A stretch of DNA of 64,000 bases from Tolypothrix carrinoi HA7290-LM1 (GCA_019358935.1 JAHHIK010000001.1:96001-160000); one strand, 5' to 3'. Numbered from the stretch's first letter, positions 42,677 to 53,176 are shown. Numbers and translations: made by a program. Notes: generated from the sequence alone by a model not told the origin.

Positions 42677-43657
42677 TGAACTAATCCCCATATCATGAGC
42701 GTAGGGAGCAAGAAACTCTGAAGCTGATAATTCGGCTGGTTTGACTGCAACAGCTTGATTGAGTTCTTGGTTTTGAGCAATTTTGTTTTCTGTCAGCCAG
42801 CTATCATACTCATCTTTTGTTTCCACAATTACTTGCGATCGCATTGAACCGTGATAGCCACCGCATAATTCTGTACAAACTATCGGATATGTACCCGGTT
42901 TAGTAGCGACGAATCGCAATTGAGTAGGGATACCGGGAATTGCGTCTTGCTTCAATCTAAATTGCGGTACCCAGAATGAGTGGATAACATCTGTTGCGGA
43001 CAAGTTGATTTGTACGTCGGCACCAACTGGAACGTGTAATTCTCCAGAATTAACGCCACTTTCGGGATAGTTAAATATCCAAGCAAACTGCATCCCGGTA
43101 ACATCAACAACTAAGTCGGCAACTTTGCCTTGTTCAGTCGGAGTTCCACCAATGCCAATTTTCCGCGCACCTGCTGGGGGTACTGGTACTTCCAAATCCG
43201 AAGCTGAGGCATCACTCAATGTAGCTGCGAGTGCGGTTCCCGGCATCTGAGCAACATGAGATGGAGAATGGCTCATAGCCATCATATGTCCGGGTGCTTC
43301 AATTCCGCCCATGCGCGTAAACACATCAACACTGTATATTCCTAAGCAAAGGACAATGATTGATGGAACTGCCGTCCAAAAAACTTCTAAAGGAAGATTG
43401 CCCTCAATATGGACACCATCAGTATCATCACCTTTGCGGCGACGATATTTAACCGCAAAAATTAAGATGGTTCCTTCTACTATCAAAAACAGAGCGATCG
43501 CAATGCTGAACATGATGTTGAAAAACCCGTCCACCAAAGGCGCTTGTGCTGAAGCTTGCACCGGCAGTAAACTATGGTTTTGACCAAGCCAGATGCTTAA
43601 AACTGTGACGAATGCCCCAGCAACTAAAGTTAATAATGAAACAGGAATTTCTTGCAT
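42656..43657 (-). CDS. coxB: Cytochrome c oxidase subunit II (CuA); last 6 codons and stop supplied by the IS end
   Basis: DVIHSFW and CTELCGGYHGSM CuA motif, two TM helices; ATG 43657 (MQEIPVS). Confidence 0.96.
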   Translation of the reverse strand: MQEIPVSLLTLVAGAFVTVLSIWLGQNHSLLPVQASAQAPLVDGFFNIMFSIAIALFLIVEGTILIFAVKYRRRKGDDTDGVHIEGNLPLEVFWTAVPSIIVLCLGIYSVDVFTRMGGIEAPGHMMAMSHSPSHVAQMPGTALAATLSDASASDLEVPVPPAGARKIGIGGTPTEQGKVADLVVDVTGMQFAWIFNYPESGVNSGELHVPVGADVQINLSATDVIHSFWVPQFRLKQDAIPGIPTQLRFVATKPGTYPIVCTELCGGYHGSMRSQVIVETKDEYDSWLTENKIAQNQELNQAVAVKPAELSASEFLAPYAHDMGISSLTLSDL

Positions 43658-44182
43658 ACATACCTGCTGTGTACAACATCGTGTTTGTGTGATTTTCTTT
43701 CTTTTTACCCCAGGATTCATATCCTGTATTGATGTATATCCTAGGCAGGAAAGAAAATAGTTTTCTCGCTTGTGAGAGCATCACAACAAGCAGATTTTTT
43801 TGCTTTCACCTATATATTTTCTCTGTTTATTATAGAGAATCCGGGAAAAATCTCTATATTTCTTAATATGTTTTGTCCGGCAAAGCTACAACAAAATTTT
43901 TGCTTATAGTTAACTATAAGCATTCACAAATCAAGTCTCATGATGAAGCATAAAAGAAAAAAGTCAAAAGCATCACCACCGATCTAGGCTATATTAGCAG
44001 CAAGTTTAAATTTGTTAATAGCTGACATTTTTCGATTTCTAGATTGTTTTACTGGTAACTTTTTGCGTACCGCTAAATATTCAGCATTCCCCTTTTGGGT
44101 TGGTCGAGTATTAGATAGGTGGTGGCTTGCCTTTCGGCAAGCGCATTTTCCGGCAATAGCGCTTGAAAAAAGCGCAGAAACC

Positions 44183-44476
44183 TTAATTTACTAAGGCAAC
44201 ATGGGTGTAGCAATTCTTTGGACAAATTCTTGCACAAGCCTCACAACCAACACAGTTTTCTGGATTAGCCACTGTCATTATTTTGCGTTCGATTTCATCA
44301 TCATCTTCATCTTCTACAAGTTCGCCTTCTTCGTTTAGCGCTGCCAAAGATAGTACATTATGCCCGCAAATTTTAAAGCATCTGCCACAGCCAATGCACT
44401 TTTCTTGATCGATATCTTGAGCAAATTTAGGTGTCCAAGTTTTACCGCCAAATGTCAAGCCTGTTAGTTGTGCCAT
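44183..44476 (-). CDS. fdxB: nif-specific ferredoxin III
   Basis: CIGCGRC..C, acidic linker, CVGCEAC...CP; divergent from cnfR. Confidence 0.92.
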   Translation of the reverse strand: MAQLTGLTFGGKTWTPKFAQDIDQEKCIGCGRCFKICGHNVLSLAALNEEGELVEDEDDDEIERKIMTVANPENCVGCEACARICPKNCYTHVALVN

Positions 44477-45504
44477 GAATCTACCTCAGCAATTTTGCTT
44501 ACTAATCTATCTGGACTCTTATTCTCATCCTAACTTAATCTTAATTAGCTGGCTTTATTATTCACAAATGATTATTTTCTCTATCAATTTTTGATGACTT
44601 TTACTTATTTTTTTGAGTTTTTTAAGTTATTTGAAACTTTCTAATTGAAACTTTTTACCAATAATTTAAATTAGACGTTGACTGATATCATGCTTATATC
44701 GCCTGATTCTGCCGATTTAAAGTGAGACGCGAGATTTATCAGAGCAGTCGATTGCTGAAGACTCAAATTCCTTATTTACTGACAAATAGAAATAAATAAC
44801 TGATGTTTAATTTGACAATTTTTGGTAAACTTTGTCTGACTGATGATAGTGTTTGTAGAGAAATATGCGTTACCAACTAAAAATAATAAATAGTGTTTAG
44901 ATATACATAATTGCTTTTGTATTAGCTTATGTATATCCGGAATCTATATTGGGCAAAGTAAATGATGTGAAATTTACTTTTTAAGCGATCGCCTACATAA
45001 CTAAATACAAGCTCAATATCATATTTTGGATTCTTTCCATCAATTCAACACATTTAATTTGTCATTAATAACTGTAAATTAGCTAACAAAATAATTACTA
45101 AATTTAATTATTAATAATATTAATAAGTGCGATACAACCTATCACTAAAAAGCTAAATGTTCGTTAATAACAATTATGAATTTTTATTATGTTCAACAAG
45201 CAAATGTTTATATATATCCGATGATGTAAGATATTAAAAAATATTTCTAAGCTCCGAAGTGAACAACGTTATCTTAAGATTAGTGAAATATATATTTAAT
45301 AAATAAGTAATATTAGGCTTTAGTTAAAAGCGTTTATAGCATTCAGTTGGATGCAAAGTACTTAATATGGATGTTTCTTGATTAATTTGGCAAGATAATA
45401 TTCTTGCAGTCGAAATATTGTGGTGGTGAGTATTAAAGAAAGTAAATACATCCATTCTTAGACTTGAGCCAGATATCGAGAGCGAGTAGAGTGGCAATTG
45501 CCGT

Positions 45505-47097
45505 ATGCCTTATACAATTCCTAACAACAGTTGCGTTGGATGTGATAACTGCCGTCCTCAATGTCCTACAGGTGCGATCAAAATAGAGAACGATGAGTAT
45601 TGGATCGACCCTTGTCTTTGTAACAATTGCGAAGGTTATTACCCTGAACCGCAATGCGTGATTGCTTGTCCAACAAAGTCACCGATTCCTTGGCAAGCGA
45701 AAAAGGGAAGATGCAAAGTTGAACCTAGAGATGCCACAAGTTCAGATTTGTTTGCCAATGGGAAGAGTAACCCGTTTGCATCAGCGATCGTCATTTGGGA
45801 AGCTTGCAACGTGTTGGCACAGCGAACATCCTTACCTTGGCAAATCGATGAACAAGGTTTCTTGTGTTATGGCAGACAAGTTAACCAAGGTAAGGGAGCG
45901 ATCGCATTTCACATTACCGATCCATTTAAAGTGAGTGAAAAAGCAACAGAGTTACAGGCAATTGAAGCACTTGATATCAGAGCTGCTTGCATCCATCTAA
46001 TTTTTGCTGCTTATGCTACAGCTTGCGAGCAACCTTGGGAGCAAGAGTTTGCGATCGACGATCGCCAAATCGAGAAATATTTAGGATTAGAGAAACGCAA
46101 AGACTTGAGTAAAAACGCCAAACTCGCTCTCATGAAAAATATTGTACTGCAAGCTTGCTCGCTGATTGCTACCATTGACTGGCCCCAACAAGGTCGAGTC
46201 AAAGGCTTTTCAATTACAGGCAGTCGCTTGTGGCACATAGTAGACATTCAGCACTATTTTCAAGAAGATAATCTGGGGTGTAAATATCTAGTCGGGCTAA
46301 CTTTTAAAGTCAAAGCCGGCATTTGGACGCGGTATTTCTTAAATAAACAAGGATGCAAAGAGCGAACTGCATTTTATCAATATCGCAGTCTGCCCAAATC
46401 TTTGTTAAGCACAATCATGAGCATTTGGCAACAACATGAAGGTGCAGCGCGATTAATGCTATGGCTGCTATTTAAAACTAAAATGGGCACTTCCCAACGC
46501 ATCACCGTTCCCACCTTGCTGAAAGTTGCTTACGGTGAGGAAAAAGTCAACCACGCAACCAGACATAAAGAAGAACGCAAGCGACTGCTGCGAACCTTTG
46601 AAAGCGACTTGGAAATTCTCCATCATTATGGAATTAAAGCAGTTTTCGACCCGATTACTTATCCACCAGAAATTCAACCTTTGTGGGCAAAGTTGATTGA
46701 TATTCCCGAAGATCCAGAAGAAGCATTAGAATTTTGGACTAATGACGGTGGTGCTGACACTCGCTTGACAGACACAGGTCCCCGTGGTAAGTGGAATTTG
46801 CTGATGAACGCTCGAATTTTGTCGTTTGAACTACCTCCAGAATGGGAGCAGCAAATGCCAAAATCTCAGAAAAATCAGCGACAAACTGTTACTAAAACCA
46901 GAAAAAAGATAAAAACTACCGGCGATTTGCTTGGGGAACAAATTTTACAAGCGCGAAAAAATCTCAATCTCTCCCAAAGAGAATTAGCAAAGTTGACAGG
47001 TAAAAGCCAAAGCTGGATTCGAGATGTCGAAAATGGTCGCTTAAAAGCGAAGTCAGAAGACCAAGCAGTATTAAGGAAAGTGTTGAATATGGGGTAA
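45505..47097 (+). CDS. cnfR: CnfR/PatB transcriptional activator of nif genes
   Basis: N-terminal 2x[4Fe-4S] (CVGCDNCRPQCP..CLCNNC..C...CP) and C-terminal XRE HTH (LSQRELA..GKSQSWIRDVENG). Confidence 0.96.
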   Translation: MPYTIPNNSCVGCDNCRPQCPTGAIKIENDEYWIDPCLCNNCEGYYPEPQCVIACPTKSPIPWQAKKGRCKVEPRDATSSDLFANGKSNPFASAIVIWEACNVLAQRTSLPWQIDEQGFLCYGRQVNQGKGAIAFHITDPFKVSEKATELQAIEALDIRAACIHLIFAAYATACEQPWEQEFAIDDRQIEKYLGLEKRKDLSKNAKLALMKNIVLQACSLIATIDWPQQGRVKGFSITGSRLWHIVDIQHYFQEDNLGCKYLVGLTFKVKAGIWTRYFLNKQGCKERTAFYQYRSLPKSLLSTIMSIWQQHEGAARLMLWLLFKTKMGTSQRITVPTLLKVAYGEEKVNHATRHKEERKRLLRTFESDLEILHHYGIKAVFDPITYPPEIQPLWAKLIDIPEDPEEALEFWTNDGGADTRLTDTGPRGKWNLLMNARILSFELPPEWEQQMPKSQKNQRQTVTKTRKKIKTTGDLLGEQILQARKNLNLSQRELAKLTGKSQSWIRDVENGRLKAKSEDQAVLRKVLNMG

Positions 47098-47170
47098 TAG
47101 CTGTGTAGAGATGCGATACTTAGTGTCTTCAGCTAAAACATTAATATTAAACTAATCCCATTAATATTCA

Positions 47171-47740
47171 TTACGGAGTCACCTTTAACCACCCAAAAAT
47201 ATCACCTACCGTCAACTCTAACCCCTGACAGAACTCTGGCACCGGTAAAACACCATCAATTTCCTCAAAAGGTAAAGGTTGTCGTCCCGCAGGATAAGCA
47301 GCAATGAATCGCTCATCAGGGTCAATTAACCAACCCATTTGAGTTCCGTGGTTAAGAGCGTGTAAGATTTTTTTTGTAACTTTTGTATGGCTTTGTTCTG
47401 GGGAAAGAATTTCGATTATCCAGTCGGGTGCTGCGGCAAATGTATTGGCAATATCACCATTTTCGTCTACAGGAAGCCTTGCCCAAGAGAATACAGCGAC
47501 ATCGGGAACTATAGAACGTCCAGAAAAAGTGCAACGTAATTCTGGAAAAGCCCAACCAATTTTTTGTACTTTTATAACAGAATTGATTGTGGGACAGAGT
47601 TCTCCTTGAATAGTGCTATGTTTTCCTTGAGGCATGGGTTTTTGAATGATTTGACCGTCGATGTATTCTAAGCTTGGCTTAGTTTCTGATAGTGCGAGAA
47701 ATTCTTCTAGGGTCAATATTTTATTTGGTGCTTGTACCAT
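47171..47740 (-). CDS. Uma2 family endonuclease
   Basis: LTLEEFL, EYIDG.I..KPMP..KH, PD.A.F, PDW.IEILSP, WLIDP. Confidence 0.92.
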   Translation of the reverse strand: MVQAPNKILTLEEFLALSETKPSLEYIDGQIIQKPMPQGKHSTIQGELCPTINSVIKVQKIGWAFPELRCTFSGRSIVPDVAVFSWARLPVDENGDIANTFAAAPDWIIEILSPEQSHTKVTKKILHALNHGTQMGWLIDPDERFIAAYPAGRQPLPFEEIDGVLPVPEFCQGLELTVGDIFGWLKVTP

Positions 47741-47805
47741 TGTTATCCTAGCCTCAATTTCTGATAATTTTTTTACATCATCAGAACTTTTGTCAGCAAA
47801 ATAAG

Positions 47806-48234
47806 TTATTTATTTGTAGACGAAACATTATTCAAGCGATCGCGAATTGCCGTTAATTGTTCTTGATTATTCACCGGCTTACGCGGTGCTGGCAATTCTG
47901 TATTGGGCCAATTGAGTAAATCATTACACGGACATAATTCAGGTGGCATTCCCAAGCTTCGCATCGGTACTGGCATCGTACAACGACTGCAATGGCTCAT
48001 TTCCCAACTCGGTGTCAGCAGTTCGGCAATAGTTTCTTGCGTACCTTCTAAGTAACAGTCGCCTGTTTCTGGTGAGATAATTTGCTGCCAGCAATTTTCA
48101 AATTCCTGACTGTAGCGATCGCCTTGAATAACTGATTCCGGCAACAGACTTGCCGAACCATTATTTGTCATCACCTTTTTGCCTAACTGAAACCAGTAGG
48201 CGAGGTATTGTTTTACTTCGTGTTTGGTTGCCAT
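47806..48234 (-). CDS. Conserved hypothetical protein
   Basis: YLAYWFQLGK, CYLEGT, CSRC..CPC Cys motifs. Confidence 0.8.
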   Translation of the reverse strand: MATKHEVKQYLAYWFQLGKKVMTNNGSASLLPESVIQGDRYSQEFENCWQQIISPETGDCYLEGTQETIAELLTPSWEMSHCSRCTMPVPMRSLGMPPELCPCNDLLNWPNTELPAPRKPVNNQEQLTAIRDRLNNVSSTNK

Positions 48235-48290
48235 ACCACAATATTAAGCTTGCGACATCAGATTTCTAATTTTGAATACTTAATTTTCAA

Positions 48291-48875
48291 TTAAGATTTT
48301 GGTGGTAACGGGGAACCGAGAACACTGAGATTAAGAACATGACCGCCAGTGACTAAATAAACAGCTTCGCACAGATGAGCTAATTGGCGGATTAAAGAAC
48401 CCAGGCGATCGCGAAAATTTCTCCCAACCGGATAAGCCGGCACCACACCCCAACCTGTTTCTTCTGCCACAAATATCATATCAGCCGCAACCAAATCCAC
48501 CGTTTCTAACAATTCTGCAACCGTGTTTTTCCAGATTGCATCCTCCTGAGAGAGTAGATTAGCTACCCAAGTTCCCAAAGAATCTACCAACAGACAGATA
48601 TTTGGTTGAGCATCCGCAAGAGTAGCAGATAATTCTATCGGTACTTCCAGTGTTACCCAATCTTCAAGACGGCGTTTTTGGTGTTGGGCAATGCGTTGAT
48701 TCCACTCTGCGTCCGCTGAGTTTTGCGTGGCAGTGGCAATGTAAACAACTGCTTTGCCTGACTGCATTGCGAGAATTTCTGCCCATTCACTTTTACCAGA
48801 TCGTGCAGGTCCGGTCACGAGGATGACTTTACCCAAAGCTTTTTCCTTAGTATCTTTAATTAATAGTGGTGGCAA
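48291..48875 (-). CDS. cobU: Bifunctional adenosylcobinamide kinase/guanylyltransferase
   Basis: VTGPARSGKS P-loop, YIATA, RI..H..RR, E.GWGVVP, R.FRD.LG; start uncertain. Confidence 0.93.
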   Translation of the reverse strand: MPPLLIKDTKEKALGKVILVTGPARSGKSEWAEILAMQSGKAVVYIATATQNSADAEWNQRIAQHQKRRLEDWVTLEVPIELSATLADAQPNICLLVDSLGTWVANLLSQEDAIWKNTVAELLETVDLVAADMIFVAEETGWGVVPAYPVGRNFRDRLGSLIRQLAHLCEAVYLVTGGHVLNLSVLGSPLPPKS

Positions 48876-49055
48876 TTTCTTACTTTGAATTTTTTCACTA
48901 CCAAAGTGGGATTTTTGGTACTAAATAACTTTTAAGAGATAAAATTAGCACCAGCATTATTTAATGCCACTCGTGGCAAAAAAAGAAAAATCCCATTGAG
49001 ACACTTCTCAATCATTAGAACACCACTGGGGACAGAATAAGTCAGGTAATTTTTT

Positions 49056-49841
49056 ATGAAAGCAGGCTTAAAACGCATTGAGGCAACTCTACACGATTTG
49101 GGAACTAACGGCACAGCCTCAGCCGAAGCTAGTTCTACAAAGCAGTCTTTCTCTTTTCGGATCAGCGTTGGAAGTAGCGAAGCTACAGCAGATGCTGTTT
49201 CATCAAAAGAAGATCTTCGCGAAGCAGACGCACCTGAGTTTGGTACAGAATTTGAGAATCATTCTTATCATCATAACTCTGTGCAAACCTTTCCCACACA
49301 AGACAGCGATGGCAGATCGCCGGCACTACCCAAGTTCAAAACTCCCAGCTTCACAAGCCATCGCAACGCAGCTAATCCCGCATTAGCACTTAATTTGTTG
49401 CAAGAAATTCAAGAAAGCGTTTTTCTTTGGCAAAAAGAATTGCAAAATATTGTCAAACAAATTCAAGATATTTACATAGAAGGTCCGATTGTCAATGGCT
49501 GGTTAGAGTCCCAGGCACGAGAAAGCGAACCGGGGGGAACCGCAACCCTGCGTCATGCGGAAGTCGATCGCCTGATGGATTATGTAGAAGAAATTTGCGC
49601 GGCTCAAGAAAACGTATCGTATCAATCAGCGCGTACAGGCTACCGTCTTTGCGGTTTAGATTCCTCCGGTCAAGTGTGGTCGCGTCCATGTCCACCCGAT
49701 CAAGTACCGATCGTAAGTATGGCGATCGCTCGTTACCAAAAGTTACGCCAACTCCTAGGACGCAAGCAATATCTAGAAACTAGGCTTAGTCAACTGGCGG
49801 AAACTCTGGTAGTTTTACACAGTCATATTCAACAAGCATGA
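49056..49841 (+). CDS. Conserved hypothetical protein
   Basis: 261-aa ORF with coiled coil and EGPIV.GWLES motif. Confidence 0.8.
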   Translation: MKAGLKRIEATLHDLGTNGTASAEASSTKQSFSFRISVGSSEATADAVSSKEDLREADAPEFGTEFENHSYHHNSVQTFPTQDSDGRSPALPKFKTPSFTSHRNAANPALALNLLQEIQESVFLWQKELQNIVKQIQDIYIEGPIVNGWLESQARESEPGGTATLRHAEVDRLMDYVEEICAAQENVSYQSARTGYRLCGLDSSGQVWSRPCPPDQVPIVSMAIARYQKLRQLLGRKQYLETRLSQLAETLVVLHSHIQQA

Positions 49842-49914
49842 AGTTTTAACGATTATTTCCGAAAAAACTCGGTTGGTGAGTCAGGAATTTTTGGTATAGA
49901 TTTAGCACAAGAGC

Positions 49915-50085
49915 AGACAGTTAGTTAGTGGTTAGTGGTTAGTGGTTAGGAGAATGGAGTAAAAGTTAAAAGGGGCAAATTTGGGAGTTAGTGGTGAAAA
50001 ATTAACAACCAACAACCAACAACCAACAACTAACAACAAACAACTAACAACCAACAACTAACAACCAACAACTAACAACCAACAA
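49915..50085. repeat. STRR tracts (GTGGTTA; AACAACC/AACAACT)
   Basis: Visible tandem heptamers. Confidence 0.9.
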
Positions 50086-50090
50086 TTTCT

Positions 50091-51020
50091 ATGCCAGACC
50101 CGCAAATCTCTGCCATTATCTGTACTCACAATCGAGATACCTATTTAGGTGCTGCTATAGATAGCCTTTTAAAGCAAGAGTTTGCCGCTGGCTTTGAGGT
50201 GGTGGTAGTCGATAATAACTCAAGCGATCGCACACGCGAAGTTGTAGAACAAAGGTTATCCGATCCGCGTTTGAAGTACGTTTTTGAACCGGTGCTTGGT
50301 TTATCTGTCGCTCGCAACACTGGTGCAAAAGAATCTAGGGGGGAAATTCTCGCTTATTTGGATGACGATGCGGTTGCAAGCTCACACTGGTTGCAAATAT
50401 TATATTCTGCCTATGAAAATAACTCTAAGATCGCGATCGCTGGTGGCAAAGTCACTTTATTATGGCCCCAAGGAATCCAACAACCACGTTGGCTATCTCC
50501 CGGACTAGCTGCCAATTTGGGAGCATACGACTTAGGGGACAGCATCGTTTACATCGAGCAGCCCGGTTTAACTCCCAGAGGCTTAAATTACTCGATACGC
50601 CGCAGCTTTCTCAACGAAATTGGCGGTTTTGACCCTAATCTCGGTCGAGTAGGTAAAAACTTATTATCTAATGAAGAACTGCAAATGACAGAACTTGCCC
50701 TTCAACGCGGTTGGCAAGTTGCTTATCTTCCCGATGCTCTAGTTGCTCACAATGTCGCTCCAGAACGCCTCAATCGCTCCTGGTTTTTAAACCGAGGCTG
50801 GTGGCAAGGTATCAGTGAGTGCTATCGAGAACAACTTGCCGGTAAAGCCGGTATCGGTCAATTGCAGCGCGGCAGCGAAAGGTTTTTACGCGGCTTGTAT
50901 AAATCATTGCAACATTTAAGTGACCCAGCAGAACGCTTTGACAAACTTGTGTATGCCTACGGTCAGATTGGTTACTTAAATGCCGCTATTCAGGGTCTTT
51001 TATCATCAAATAACAAATAG
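50091..51020 (+). CDS. Glycosyltransferase family 2
   Basis: IICTHNR, VVDNNSSD, GLS.ARN.G, YLDDD, GGFD. Confidence 0.93.
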   Translation: MPDPQISAIICTHNRDTYLGAAIDSLLKQEFAAGFEVVVVDNNSSDRTREVVEQRLSDPRLKYVFEPVLGLSVARNTGAKESRGEILAYLDDDAVASSHWLQILYSAYENNSKIAIAGGKVTLLWPQGIQQPRWLSPGLAANLGAYDLGDSIVYIEQPGLTPRGLNYSIRRSFLNEIGGFDPNLGRVGKNLLSNEELQMTELALQRGWQVAYLPDALVAHNVAPERLNRSWFLNRGWWQGISECYREQLAGKAGIGQLQRGSERFLRGLYKSLQHLSDPAERFDKLVYAYGQIGYLNAAIQGLLSSNNK

Positions 51021-51035
51021 AAATAACTACTTAAT

Positions 51036-51977
51036 ATGTCAGCAAAAATACCAGTTTCCGTATTAATTCCCGCAAAAAACGAACAAGCAAATTTACCAGC
51101 TTGCCTCGCTAGCGTCGCTGTTGCCGATGAAGTGTTTGTTGTAGACTCTCAAAGTACCGATAAAAGCGAGGAAATTATTAAAAGTTACGGTGCAAACCTC
51201 GTGCAGTTCCACTTTAATGGACGCTGGCCCAAAAAGAAAAATTGGTCTTTAGAAAATCTACCTTTCCGTAATGAATGGGTGCTAATTGTCGATTGCGATG
51301 AGCGCATCACCCCCGAACTTTGGGATGAAATTGCTCAAGCAATTAAAGATGATGAACACGATGGTTATTACCTCAATCGCCGCGTATTTTTCTTAGGTAA
51401 ATGGATTCGCCACGGCGGTAAATATCCTGATTGGAACCTGCGTTTATTTAAACACGCCAAAGGTCGCTACGAAAATCTCAACACTGAGGATATTCCCAAC
51501 ACTGGCGATAATGAAGTTCACGAACACGTTATTTTACCGGGGAAAGTCGGCTATCTGAAAAACGATATGCTTCATGAAGACTTCCGCGATTTGTTCCACT
51601 GGTTAGAAAGACACAATCGCTATTCCAACTGGGAAGCGCGTGTTTATTTGAATATTCTCACAGGTAAAGACGACAGCGGCACTATTGGCGCAAATTTATT
51701 TGGTGATGCAGTGCAACGCAAGCGCTTTTTGAAAAAAGTTTGGGTGCGTCTGCCATTTAAACCATTTTTGCGATTTATTTTGTTCTACATTATTCAGCGC
51801 GGCTTTTTGGATGGCAAAGCTGGATATACCTACGCCCGCTTGCTGAGTCAATATGAATACCAAATTGGCGTGAAACTTTACGAATTACGCAGTTGTGGTG
51901 GACAACTAAATACTACCAGCGTTCCCAAAGTGGTGTCACCATCCCTCAAGCCGGAAATTCAACAAACGGCAACTTAA
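51036..51977 (+). CDS. Glycosyltransferase family 2
   Basis: IPAKNE, VVDS.STD, WVL.VDCDE, VHEH. Confidence 0.93.
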   Translation: MSAKIPVSVLIPAKNEQANLPACLASVAVADEVFVVDSQSTDKSEEIIKSYGANLVQFHFNGRWPKKKNWSLENLPFRNEWVLIVDCDERITPELWDEIAQAIKDDEHDGYYLNRRVFFLGKWIRHGGKYPDWNLRLFKHAKGRYENLNTEDIPNTGDNEVHEHVILPGKVGYLKNDMLHEDFRDLFHWLERHNRYSNWEARVYLNILTGKDDSGTIGANLFGDAVQRKRFLKKVWVRLPFKPFLRFILFYIIQRGFLDGKAGYTYARLLSQYEYQIGVKLYELRSCGGQLNTTSVPKVVSPSLKPEIQQTAT

Positions 51978-52120
51978 GGGATTGGGAATGAGGCATCGGG
52001 CATCGGGCATCGGGCATGGGAAATAGATTTGACTTTATTCTCACGTTCCCAATTACCTTTTTCCCAATGCCCATTGCCCAATGCCCATTGCCCAATGCCC
52101 ATTGCCCAATTCCCAATCCA
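51978..52120. repeat. STRR tracts (GGGCATC; CCCAATG/CCCATTG)
   Basis: Visible tandem heptamers. Confidence 0.88.
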
Positions 52121-52127
52121 AAATTTG

Positions 52128-52724
52128 ATGTCTCAGTTGAATGTGAGTAAACAACCGTCGGTAGTTGATGCAGAACCTTTTGTAGATTTACGCAAGTATG
52201 ACCAATCCTGGTTTGATCGGGGTCGTCCGGGTTGGTATATTTTATTTTGGTGGTTTGTACAAGCGATCGCCTTTCCACTGACTCCTCATCCTTTTAGTGG
52301 TTTGCGTTGCGCTATACTCCGGCTGTTTGGCGCAAAAGTCGGCAAAGGTGTATTAATTCGCCCTACCGCTCGCTTCACGTACCCCTGGAAAATCAGTATT
52401 GGCGATTATAGCTGGATTGGTGATGATGTCGTTTTATACAGTCTTGATGAGATCCACATCGGCTCACACTGCGTAATTTCCCAGAAAAGTTATTTATGTA
52501 CTGGTACTCATGACATCAAAGATCCAGCCTTTGGACTGAAAACAGCAATTATCACCATTGGTAATGGCGCATGGGTAACAACAGATTGTTTTGTTGCCCC
52601 AGGAGTGACAATTGGCGCTAATGCCGTAATCGGCGCTCGTAGCAGTGTTTTAAGTGACATACCCGCAGGACAAGTTTGTTGGGGAAATCCCTGCCGTCCC
52701 AGGTATGCGCGGGAGAGAAAGTAA
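52128..52724 (+). CDS. hpsU: WcaF-like hexapeptide acetyltransferase (hormogonium polysaccharide HpsU-like)
   Basis: DL..YDQSWFDRGRP, LRLFGA..G, YPWK..IGD.SWIG, SQ..YLCTG.HD; follows two GT2 genes. Confidence 0.75.
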   Translation: MSQLNVSKQPSVVDAEPFVDLRKYDQSWFDRGRPGWYILFWWFVQAIAFPLTPHPFSGLRCAILRLFGAKVGKGVLIRPTARFTYPWKISIGDYSWIGDDVVLYSLDEIHIGSHCVISQKSYLCTGTHDIKDPAFGLKTAIITIGNGAWVTTDCFVAPGVTIGANAVIGARSSVLSDIPAGQVCWGNPCRPRYARERK

Positions 52725-52780
52725 GGCGAATGGGAACTAGCACCTAAAAGCGGTCTAAAATTACCTCTATTCAAGACTGC

Positions 52781-53176
52781 CTAAGCAGTAGTATATTCGT
52801 TCTCCGTAGTTCCGATTATCCCAGCTTCCTGCGTTTGTTCTGGTTGAGCCAGTTTGCTAATATACTTATCACCCCAATCACGCATCAACAGCAAAATTGG
52901 CTCTAAACTTCGACCGAACTCGGTCAATGAGTATTCCACCTTAGGTGGAACTTCGGCGTAAACAGTGCGCTTTACTACCCCATCCCGCTCTAGTTCCCGT
53001 AACTGTAGTGTGAGCATCCGTTGGGTACAACCTTTAACCATTCGCTGAAGTTCATTGAAGCGTTTGGTTCCCTCCAAGAGGTGAAATAGAATAACTCCCT
53101 TCCACCGTCCACCGATCACATCAAGGGTTGCTTCTACAGAACAACCATATCGGCAATCATACTGCCTGTTTTTCAT
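52781..53176 (-). CDS. HxlR family transcriptional regulator
   Basis: C.VE.TL..IGGRWK, RFNEL, LT.QLRELE.DG, VPPKVEYSLT. Confidence 0.94.
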   Translation of the reverse strand: MKNRQYDCRYGCSVEATLDVIGGRWKGVILFHLLEGTKRFNELQRMVKGCTQRMLTLQLRELERDGVVKRTVYAEVPPKVEYSLTEFGRSLEPILLLMRDWGDKYISKLAQPEQTQEAGIIGTTENEYTTA

